Assembly (NCBI GenBank): GCA_038064635.1
Contig: JBBTSS010000007.1
Coordinates: 9,163 to 66,399, forward strand
Source: Patescibacteria group bacterium
GTDB taxonomy: Bacteria; Patescibacteriota; Minisyncoccia; Phycocordibacterales; UBA9973
Direction of reading: 5' to 3'
Length of the DNA stretch: 57,237 bases
Shown here one piece after another: positions 38,956-46,672 of the stretch. The notes under the pieces were generated by a model. It was not told where the DNA came from. It saw only the letters and a program-made list of their open reading frames with translations, and searched no databases. Position 1 is the first letter of the stretch; every line of letters starts with the position of its first letter. The translations under genes and the position numbers were made by a program.

Positions 38956-40260
38956 ATGGAAATGAAACTCAACCCAGGACTCATCTTGGCGAGGGGAAGA
39001 GATTTCCCCGTCAAATTGTTTTATTCTTTTATGCGTTTGTTCGCTAAAGATAACAAGATGAAGATACTTGATATCGGTTCTGATATTCAAGTGTCGAATG
39101 CAGAAAAAAAAGAGATAGATGCAATTGTGAAGAGGGTCCAAAATTGGATCCAGAAACACGGAGATTACACGAAGTATAGTTCCTCTTTTGGAACGATCGA
39201 ACTTCGTACTGCGGTAGCAAATTTTTATGGCCGGAGAGGGGTTACTATTAACTCCATAAAGGACATAATGATAACCAGAGGGATTATCGATGCCATAGGT
39301 AAAGTGATTCGTTCACTGGATATCACTCACGTGATAATGCCTTCAATCTTGCCTTTTTTCCCGGAGACCATTTCTCACATGGAAGGAAAAAAGATTATTT
39401 TTGCTTCTGTGGATATTGAAACAGGGGAAATAAATTTAAAAAGTTTAAAGGCGAAGATTAGTCATTTGAAAATCCAAAAAGGAAAGGTGCTTATGTATAT
39501 GGCACATCCAGCAGCTCCGTCTGGGGCTTTGATGTCTGACACGTATATTGAGAAAAAACTTTTACCTTTTTTGAGAAAGAATGGAATTATGTTATTCGTA
39601 GATAACTATATCTACGAGACATGTTTTTTAGAGGGTCTTTGCCCGATAAGTTCTATCCTCAGTTTTCCTAATGCCTCAGATAATGTTATTGAAGCGATAG
39701 GTATAGCCAAAGAATATGGTTTGCCTGGTCTTCGTATCGGAGCAATAGCTGGAAACAAGTCTGTTGTAGAAGCTGTGAGACTCTTAGCTGCAACTTCAGT
39801 TGATATGATTCCATTAGCAAATCAACGAATTGCTACCTTCATCCTTAATGAGATTAACCCAAAAGTGTCAGCTCAGAGAGTGATCGAAGAATTTTACGAA
39901 GAAGTTCTTCCTAGGCTTGAGGCGATGGGGTGGCCTATCATCAAACCTAAAGCAGGTTTCGATTTACTTATAAAAGTTCCTCCGAATTTTTATCGGGAAG
40001 ACATCAAAGACCCGGCATTGTATGCATGTTTTTCTATCTTGAGAAGGTTCGGGGTAGCATTTTACCCAGTATCTTTTCCTTATCGAAAAAGTCATAGATT
40101 TTTCCTCCGAATAGTTTTAAAGCAAAAGCCAAGTAAAATTGGCCAAGCGTTGGACTTGCTTGTCCGTAAAGGTTTCAATTGGGATTCTTTTAAGCCCAAC
40201 GAAGAAGATATTCATTTCTTAAATCAACAGATAAAAACACTTGATTTAACGAAATTATGA
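38956..40260 (+). CDS. PLP-dependent aminotransferase, class I/II fold
   Basis: 434 aa, with IAKEYGLPGLRIGAIAG (Lys-containing PLP region) and HPAAPSG. GC is elevated relative to neighbours. Confidence 0.75.
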   Translation: MEMKLNPGLILARGRDFPVKLFYSFMRLFAKDNKMKILDIGSDIQVSNAEKKEIDAIVKRVQNWIQKHGDYTKYSSSFGTIELRTAVANFYGRRGVTINSIKDIMITRGIIDAIGKVIRSLDITHVIMPSILPFFPETISHMEGKKIIFASVDIETGEINLKSLKAKISHLKIQKGKVLMYMAHPAAPSGALMSDTYIEKKLLPFLRKNGIMLFVDNYIYETCFLEGLCPISSILSFPNASDNVIEAIGIAKEYGLPGLRIGAIAGNKSVVEAVRLLAATSVDMIPLANQRIATFILNEINPKVSAQRVIEEFYEEVLPRLEAMGWPIIKPKAGFDLLIKVPPNFYREDIKDPALYACFSILRRFGVAFYPVSFPYRKSHRFFLRIVLKQKPSKIGQALDLLVRKGFNWDSFKPNEEDIHFLNQQIKTLDLTKL

Positions 40261-40290
40261 ACATGATAGTGGAAAAATATTTATCACAAA

Positions 40291-40326
40291 AAGCATCCTT
40301 AAAAACAAAATAGGGTGCTTTTTTTA
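40291..40326 (+). terminator. Intrinsic terminator after the aminotransferase
   Basis: Stem AAGCATCC/GGGTGCTT followed by TTTTT. Confidence 0.6.
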
Positions 40327-40338
40327 TTTGCCAAAAAG

Positions 40339-40347
40339 TGCTATAAT
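40339..40347 (+). promoter_or_regulatory. Extended -10 promoter (TGCTATAAT)
   Basis: Ends 10 nt before ATG 40358. Confidence 0.55.
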
Positions 40348-40357
40348 ACCTCTACTT

Positions 40358-42421
40358 ATGGCTAAAGGAAAAGATGAAAAAGAAGTAAAAAAAGGCAGTT
40401 ATGGAGCAGAAAGTATCTCAGTTTTAGAGGGTCTAGAACCTGTACGAAAACGTCCTGGAATGTACATTGGTACGACAGGTCCTGATGGTCTTCATCACCT
40501 TATTTGGGAAATATTTGATAACTCACGCGATGAAGCGATGGGAGGATTTTGTAATGATATTGAGGTAGTACTTCTTCCTGGAAACAAAATCCGTGTAGCG
40601 GATAACGGCCGTGGTATACCAGTAGATGTACACTCGAAGACAAAAGTTTCTGCATTAGAAATGGTTATGACCACTCTTCATGCTGGAGGAAAATTCGGAG
40701 GAGAAGGTAGCGGATATAAAGTTTCAGGAGGACTTCATGGAGTAGGAGCTTCTGTTGTTAACGCACTTTCACTTTTTTGTAGAGCAGAAGTTCACCGAGA
40801 TGGCGGAAAGTTTTTCCAAGAATATTCTCAAGGTAAGAAAAAAGGAGCAGTAAAGAAATTTGGAACTTCAAAACTCCATGGTACCGTAATTACTTTTCAC
40901 CCAGATGAAGAAATATTTGGACCTATTAAATTTGATTGGACGACTGTTGTAAATCATCTTCGCCAACAAGCGTACCTTGTGAAAGGACTTCGTATATCTA
41001 TTCTTGATGCACGTGAATCAAAAGAAAAATTAAACGACGAAGATATTTTTTATTTTAGAGAACTAGAGTTAGAGATACCGTCTATAACTTATTACTTTGA
41101 AGGAGGGCTGATGTCTCTTGTAAAATACTATAATAAATTTCAAAAGCCAATTCAAAGTAGTATTTTTTATGTTGAAAAAGAAGTTGATGGAGTTGGAGTT
41201 GAGGTAGCTCTTCAATATGTAGATGACATAGTAGATCGTATTGTTCCATTTGCGAACAATATTTACACAGCTCAAGGAGGAACTCATGTTACGGGTTTTA
41301 AAATGGCACTTACTCGTACACTCAATACTTACTGTAAGAAGAATGAGATGATGAAAGAGTCCGAAGGGGGATTTACTGGTGAAGATGTTCTCGAAGGTTT
41401 GACTGCTGTTGTTTCTGTAAAGTTGCAAGAAATTCAATTTGAAGGTCAGACTAAAGGAAAGCTTGGTAGCGTTGAGGCACAAAGTGCTACGGCTACGGTA
41501 TTCGGAGAAGCTTTTGCTGCATTCTTAGAAGAAAATCCAGATGAAGCAAAGGTAATTATAAACAAATCAATTCTTGCTCTTAAAGCCCGTAAAGCTGCAA
41601 AAGCCGCAAAGGATTCTGTGCTTCGTAAAGGTGCACTTGAAGGACTTACTCTTCCAGGAAAACTTGCTGACTGCCAAAGTAAAAGTGCGGAAGAATCTGA
41701 AATATTCCTTGTAGAGGGAGACTCTGCGGGTGGATCTGCAAAGCAAGGACGTGATCGAAGAACTCAAGCGATACTTCCTCTTCGTGGAAAAATTTTAAAC
41801 GTAGAACGCGCTAGAATAGATAAAATGTTAACTTCAAAAGAAGTACGCGCTCTCGTAATAGCTATGGGAACTTCTATTGGAGATACTTTTGATATTTCAA
41901 AAATTCGTTATCATAAGATAATCATTGCAACAGATGCGGACGTCGACGGAAGTCATATTCGCACATTGTTACTTACATTGTTTTATCGATATTTCAGAAA
42001 TGTTTTAGAAGCTGGGTATATCTACATAGCTCAACCACCACTTTATAAAATAAAGAAAGGTAAAGAAATATCTTATGCTTATACTGACGAACAAAAGGTG
42101 AAGATCATAGGAAAAGAAGCTGATGTTGTAGAGATTCAAGAAGTTGAGGGTGAAGAAATTGAAGGAGAGGAAGAAAAAGAAGAAGACGTAAAGAAGAGAG
42201 TAAATAAAATACACATACAACGCTTCAAAGGTCTCGGAGAAATGAACCCAGAAGAACTTTGGGAAACCACGATGGATCCTAAGAACAGAGTATTAAAAAG
42301 AGTAGATATAGCAGATGCAGAAGAAGCAAATAAGATTTTTGATATATTGATGGGTAGTGAAGTTCCACCTCGAAAGTCCTTTATTCAATCAAATGCAAAA
42401 CTCGCTAATATAGATTTGTAA
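40358..42421 (+). CDS. gyrB: DNA gyrase subunit B
   Basis: YGAESISVLEGLEPVRKRPGMYIG, the GHKL ATPase, EGDSAGG, the Toprim PLRGKILNVE and DADVDGSHI. ATG 40358 is preferred over TTG 40328. Confidence 0.96.
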   Translation: MAKGKDEKEVKKGSYGAESISVLEGLEPVRKRPGMYIGTTGPDGLHHLIWEIFDNSRDEAMGGFCNDIEVVLLPGNKIRVADNGRGIPVDVHSKTKVSALEMVMTTLHAGGKFGGEGSGYKVSGGLHGVGASVVNALSLFCRAEVHRDGGKFFQEYSQGKKKGAVKKFGTSKLHGTVITFHPDEEIFGPIKFDWTTVVNHLRQQAYLVKGLRISILDARESKEKLNDEDIFYFRELELEIPSITYYFEGGLMSLVKYYNKFQKPIQSSIFYVEKEVDGVGVEVALQYVDDIVDRIVPFANNIYTAQGGTHVTGFKMALTRTLNTYCKKNEMMKESEGGFTGEDVLEGLTAVVSVKLQEIQFEGQTKGKLGSVEAQSATATVFGEAFAAFLEENPDEAKVIINKSILALKARKAAKAAKDSVLRKGALEGLTLPGKLADCQSKSAEESEIFLVEGDSAGGSAKQGRDRRTQAILPLRGKILNVERARIDKMLTSKEVRALVIAMGTSIGDTFDISKIRYHKIIIATDADVDGSHIRTLLLTLFYRYFRNVLEAGYIYIAQPPLYKIKKGKEISYAYTDEQKVKIIGKEADVVEIQEVEGEEIEGEEEKEEDVKKRVNKIHIQRFKGLGEMNPEELWETTMDPKNRVLKRVDIADAEEANKIFDILMGSEVPPRKSFIQSNAKLANIDL

Positions 42422-42426
42422 ACATT

Positions 42427-42458
42427 AAAAAACCCTCTCAAGATGAGAGGGTTTTTTA
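42427..42458. terminator. Bidirectional terminator
   Basis: Stem AACCCTCTCA/TGAGAGGGTT flanked by A-run and T-run, between convergent gyrB and the thrS operon. Confidence 0.8.
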
Positions 42459-42459
42459 A

Positions 42460-42651
42460 TTACATATTTTTCTTTATGAGTATACCGAGTTCTTTGATAT
42501 GATTTTCTTTATCTTTCGCCATCTTGGTCCAGAAGTCTTTTACTTCTTTTGATTTTCCAGCATCTTTCAAGTAATTCTTTTGAATTCTCCAAAGAGATTT
42601 ATGCTCTTCGGTTAGCTGCATCATTAGATTGTATATATTGTTGTTTAACAT
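42460..42651 (-). CDS. Small helical protein (63 aa), start codon abuts the thrS stop
   Basis: The ORF start is directly adjacent to the thrS stop codon. Confidence 0.5.
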   Translation of the reverse strand: MLNNNIYNLMMQLTEEHKSLWRIQKNYLKDAGKSKEVKDFWTKMAKDKENHIKELGILIKKNM

Positions 42652-44409
42652 TTAATTTAAAGTTTTATTTGTAATTTCGTCTTCGACCTTTTTTATAAAT
42701 TCTTCTACTGATACACCTTCTGTCTTTGAACCATCTCTATTTTCGACAGTCAATGATTTAGAGGAGATTTCTTTATCACCTAATACTATTACGTATGGAG
42801 TGAGCATCCCTTTTGCCTCATGAATTCTTTTACCGAGACTATTGCTTCCTGAATAATATACTTCTACTCGTATACCTTTATTTTCTAATTCTTCTCTTAA
42901 TTTCATTGCTTCATCGTCATGATTTTCTCGTACAGGTACGAGAGCTATTTGTACAGGTGAGAGCCATACTGGGAATTTACCAGCGCAATGTTCGATAAGC
43001 GTTGAAGTAAATCTCTCGATAGATCCCATGATGGCAGCGTGCACCATAACGATAGGTTCTTTTTCTCCTTTTTCATTCGTACAAACAAGCCCAAAGTTTT
43101 TTGGTTGATTAAAATCAAGTTGGATAGTTGCTACTTGAAGAACTCGCCCTAGTGAATCTTTACTTATAAAATCTATCTTTGGTCCATAAAAGGCTGCTTC
43201 TCCGAGTCCATCAATCCAAGTAACTCCTTTTTGTTTCATTAGACTTTCTAATGCACTTTCTGCTTTTACCCAAACATCATCACCTCCGAGGTATTTTTCT
43301 CTTTGAGCTGGGTCGTGACGTGAGAAACGTACTTGAAGTTCGAAGCCGAAAGTTTTATAGAATGTTTCTATGATATCCCATATAGCAAGAGCCTCTTTTT
43401 CTATTTGGTTTTCACGACAGAAAACATGGGCATCATCTTGAGTTATTGAGAGTACTCGAGAGAGTCCTGAGAGTTCTCCAGATTGTTCATCTCTGTATAC
43501 CATAGTAGTTTCTGCATATCTTTGGGGCATATCACGATAGCTTCGTGGTTCTGAATCAAATATCTGTGTATGGTGAGGGCAGTTCATGGGTTTCATGGCA
43601 TAGAGATGATCTTCTCTTGTAACTATTTTAAATAAATCATCAGCGTATTTTGCCCAGTGACCGGAAGTCTCATAGAGTTCTTTTTTTGTTATATGTGGGA
43701 TACATACTTTTTGATATCCTCGTTTTTGACGTAAACTCCAAACATAATCATTTAGAAGTTCACGGATTACTGTACCTTTTGGTGTCCAAAGGGGAAGACC
43801 TGCGCCGACGAGTTCTGAGAATACAAATAAGCCGAGTTCTTTTCCAAGTTTTTTATGATCTCTTTTTCGTGCTTCTTCTCTTTGATTTAAATAGGCCTCC
43901 AATTCTTCTTTTGTTTCAAATGCGAGTCCGTAAATACGAGTAAGCATTTTATTTTTTTCATCTCCACGCCAGTATGCTCCAGCGACTCGATCGAGTTTGA
44001 AAGAGTCAGGTGAGATTTCTTTCGATGGGTTTTCAGAGTGTCCTCCACGACAAAGGTCAGTGAATCCTCCACAAGTGTATGTTGTAATCTTTTCTCCTCG
44101 TTCTGCAATTTCTTTTATTAGTTCTAATTTATAAGTATTTCCAGCAAATATCTTTTCCGCTTCTTCTTTTGATATTTCTTGGTGAGTAAATTCTGTCCAT
44201 TCAGGTAATTTTTTCTTCATTACCATTTCTATTTTTTCCAAATCTTTGTCACCTATTTTTTCTTCACCGAAATCAATATCATAATAAAAACCGTCATCTA
44301 CTGCTGGGCCTAATGTAAATTTTACATCTATGTTCTTATATACTTCTCCCACAGCATTTGCGAGTAAGTGTGCGAGCGTGTGTCTTTTTTGTTGTAATTT
44401 TTCTTGCAT
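42652..44409 (-). CDS. thrS: Threonine--tRNA ligase (no N-terminal TGS domain)
   Basis: HTLAHLLANAV editing-domain motif, class II core (FRDEQSGELSGLSRV, QDDAHVFC) and an anticodon-binding domain. Confidence 0.95.
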   Translation of the reverse strand: MQEKLQQKRHTLAHLLANAVGEVYKNIDVKFTLGPAVDDGFYYDIDFGEEKIGDKDLEKIEMVMKKKLPEWTEFTHQEISKEEAEKIFAGNTYKLELIKEIAERGEKITTYTCGGFTDLCRGGHSENPSKEISPDSFKLDRVAGAYWRGDEKNKMLTRIYGLAFETKEELEAYLNQREEARKRDHKKLGKELGLFVFSELVGAGLPLWTPKGTVIRELLNDYVWSLRQKRGYQKVCIPHITKKELYETSGHWAKYADDLFKIVTREDHLYAMKPMNCPHHTQIFDSEPRSYRDMPQRYAETTMVYRDEQSGELSGLSRVLSITQDDAHVFCRENQIEKEALAIWDIIETFYKTFGFELQVRFSRHDPAQREKYLGGDDVWVKAESALESLMKQKGVTWIDGLGEAAFYGPKIDFISKDSLGRVLQVATIQLDFNQPKNFGLVCTNEKGEKEPIVMVHAAIMGSIERFTSTLIEHCAGKFPVWLSPVQIALVPVRENHDDEAMKLREELENKGIRVEVYYSGSNSLGKRIHEAKGMLTPYVIVLGDKEISSKSLTVENRDGSKTEGVSVEEFIKKVEDEITNKTLN

Positions 44410-44411
44410 AA

Positions 44412-44640
44412 CTTTTTTCTATTATTTTTAATGATTAACTTATAAAATAAAAAATCCCCGCCCTAGTAAAATGCATTACTGCACTTTACTAGGGCGGGGA
44501 AGTTAAAGTTTTAGTTTAAGTCCTCGTGGTTCCACCTAGTTTTCCGCCTCATTGGCGGACACTCATTTAATAGTAGATTAGCTTTTAAGTTCGCCGATGA
44601 GGCGGATTGTGGTTGGTAGCCACAACAATCTCTACGTATC
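44412..44640 (-). promoter_or_regulatory. T-box riboswitch leader of thrS
   Basis: The minus strand reads AAACTAGGTGGAACCACGAGGA (T-box consensus AAnnnGGGTGGTACCGCG), followed by a strong terminator. GTAGAGA lies at the 5' end, and Thr triplets ACC and ACT sit in loop positions. Confidence 0.8.
44449..44499 (-). terminator. T-box expression-platform terminator
   Basis: 15-bp stem CCCCGCCCTAGTAAA/TTTACTAGGGCGGGG followed by a T-run on the minus strand. Confidence 0.85.
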
Positions 44641-44644
44641 TACA

Positions 44645-44672
44645 ATCATATCAAATCATCTAGAATTTGCAA
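44645..44672 (-). promoter_or_regulatory. Promoter of the thrS leader: TTGCAA-16-TATGAT with upstream TG
   Basis: Read on the minus strand. Divergent from the rpmF promoter-like TGATAGACT at 44686-44694. Confidence 0.55.
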
Positions 44673-44703
44673 TTTTACCTAAATCTGATAGACTAGGAAC
44701 ATT

Positions 44704-44925
44704 ATGGTTATAAGAATGAGACATACAAAAGGGCACACAGCGAACAGACGTTCACATCACGCTCTGAAAGCAACTAATTTTGACAAATGTCAAAATTGTT
44801 CAGCTTTAAAGAAGCGTCATACTGTTTGTGTCTCTTGTGGTTTTTATCGTGGTAATAAAGTTTTAGATTTGGTTAAAAAAGCTGAAAAGAAAGTAAAGAA
44901 GACAAAAGCTAAAACCGCTAAATAA
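44704..44925 (+). CDS. rpmF: 50S ribosomal protein L32
   Basis: HTKGHTANRRSHHAL plus a CxxC...CxxC zinc ribbon. An alternative start is ATG 44716. Confidence 0.9.
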   Translation: MVIRMRHTKGHTANRRSHHALKATNFDKCQNCSALKKRHTVCVSCGFYRGNKVLDLVKKAEKKVKKTKAKTAK

Positions 44926-45001
44926 ACGATAAATCTTTAGTAGTAGAGACGCGAACATTTAGTTCTGTGTTTTTAATCATTTGATAATTTAATACTAATT
45001 T

Positions 45002-45937
45002 ATGGCAAACAGGCACCTTTCAAGATCAATAGTTCTCCAAACCCTATTTGAATGGGATTTTATGTCTTCTGGTAAAGATGAAGAGTCTTTTCCTCCTGAA
45101 AAAGTTTCCGTAGCTCTCGCTCGTAATTTGAAAGAATTTGGACCAGGTCTTGAAGATGATGCTTTTGTTGAGTCTCTTGTTGATCTTGTATTGAAAAAAA
45201 GAAAGATTGTAGATGATATTATAGAAAAAGCTGCTCCTGATTGGCCTATACAAAAGATATCTATTGTTGATAGAAATATTCTTCGTATCGGTTTGACCGA
45301 GCTCCTTTTTGGTGACCGTACACAAGTACCTCCGAAAGTCGCCATCAATGAGTCTATTGAGCTTGCAAAAACTTTTGGTGGAGAGAATTCTGGTAAATTC
45401 GTAAATGGTGTACTTGGTGCAGTCTATAAAGAAATAGGTGAACCAGGTAAAGAAGAAACTAGTAAAAAGAAAAAGGAAGTAGAGCCAGTAGACATAACCA
45501 AACTTCCAAAAGAAAAACTCGGAGGAGCATTGGTTTATGCAAAAAGAGACGGTAATACATATTTTGCTTTTGTACATGATGTTTTCGGATATTGGACGCT
45601 TTCTAAAGGAAGTATAAAAGAAGGAGACGATTTAGAAGAAGGCACAATTAGAGAGATAAAAGATGAAATAGGGCTTGAAATTAAAATAATCACAAAACTT
45701 GGTGAAAATGAATACGTAGCTACACATCCTGAAAAAGGAAAGACTTTAAAGCAAGTGGCGTACTTTTTGGCAGAATCAGAATATAGAGAGCTTGTGCTGG
45801 AGAGTTCAGGTGGGCTTGATTCTGCACGATGGTTTTTATTGAAAGAGATTCCAGAATTAAGAATTTACAATGATATTGTTCCTCTCATCTCAAAAGCAGT
45901 AGAGATTATTGCTAAAGGAGATAAGCCAAAGGCTTAA
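45002..45937 (+). CDS. nusB: NusB antitermination factor fused to a NUDIX hydrolase domain
   Basis: The N-terminal 150 aa or so are NusB-like ([13 protein letters not shown]..., [27 protein letters not shown]). A Lys/Glu linker follows, then the Nudix box [23 protein letters not shown]. Confidence 0.85.
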   Translation: MANRHLSRSIVLQTLFEWDFMSSGKDEESFPPEKVSVALARNLKEFGPGLEDDAFVESLVDLVLKKRKIVDDIIEKAAPDWPIQKISIVDRNILRIGLTELLFGDRTQVPPKVAINESIELAKTFGGENSGKFVNGVLGAVYKEIGEPGKEETSKKKKEVEPVDITKLPKEKLGGALVYAKRDGNTYFAFVHDVFGYWTLSKGSIKEGDDLEEGTIREIKDEIGLEIKIITKLGENEYVATHPEKGKTLKQVAYFLAESEYRELVLESSGGLDSARWFLLKEIPELRIYNDIVPLISKAVEIIAKGDKPKA

Positions 45938-45973
45938 ACCTTAAAGGTAATTAGAAGTAAACGAAATAAAACG

Positions 45974-46669
45974 ATGATTGATTTTGCAGAATTCGAGAAA
46001 AAAACAAAAATAGTGTTTAAAGATAAAAACTTATTGAAACAAGCTTTTATTCACCGTTCGTATATAAATGAAAATCCAGGATTGAAGCTTTCTCACAATG
46101 AAAGACTTGAGTTTTTAGGAGATGCTGTACTTGAACTTGTGGTGACGGATTTCTTATACAAAAAGTATCCAGGATCAAATGAAGGAGAATTAACTGCTTT
46201 TCGGAGTGCGCTTGTAAATGCTGTGATTATTTCTGAGATCGCAAGCACCTTAGGAATGAATGATTTTCTTCTTTTGTCTAAAGGTGAATCCAAAGACGGA
46301 GGTAAGGCTCGTCAGTACATACTTGCGAATACTTACGAAGCTTATGTTGGTGCAGTATATTTGGATCAAGGATATGACGTGGCAGATAAATTTATAACGA
46401 AAAATTTATTGCCTCATACTGAAGAAATAGTAAGTAAGAAGCTTTGGCGTGATGCAAAAAGTCTCGTGCAAGAAAAAGCACAGGAATACGTAAACTTCAC
46501 ACCTTCATACAAAGTTGTCGCTGAAGCTGGGCCAGACCACGATAAGCATTTTACTGTTGCTATTTGTTTTGGAGCAGAACAAGTGGCTACCGGTAAAGGT
46601 AAATCAAAACAAGAAGCAGAACAAGACGCTGCACTCCGTGCATTAAAAATAAAAAATTGGATTGATTAA
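45974..46669 (+). CDS. rnc: Ribonuclease III
   Basis: Signature NERLEFLGDAVLE plus a C-terminal dsRBD (GKGKSKQEAEQDAA). Confidence 0.95.
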   Translation: MIDFAEFEKKTKIVFKDKNLLKQAFIHRSYINENPGLKLSHNERLEFLGDAVLELVVTDFLYKKYPGSNEGELTAFRSALVNAVIISEIASTLGMNDFLLLSKGESKDGGKARQYILANTYEAYVGAVYLDQGYDVADKFITKNLLPHTEEIVSKKLWRDAKSLVQEKAQEYVNFTPSYKVVAEAGPDHDKHFTVAICFGAEQVATGKGKSKQEAEQDAALRALKIKNWID

Positions 46670-46672
46670 AAT

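Noticed and set aside
45044-45577. A 177-aa antisense ORF within nusB-NUDIX. Similar antisense ORFs lie in gyrB (41069-41482), ligA (23278-24018), the large repeat protein (17948-18259) and elsewhere.
   Set aside because: All lie inside strongly supported genes on the opposite strand or in another frame, and all have low-complexity translations.
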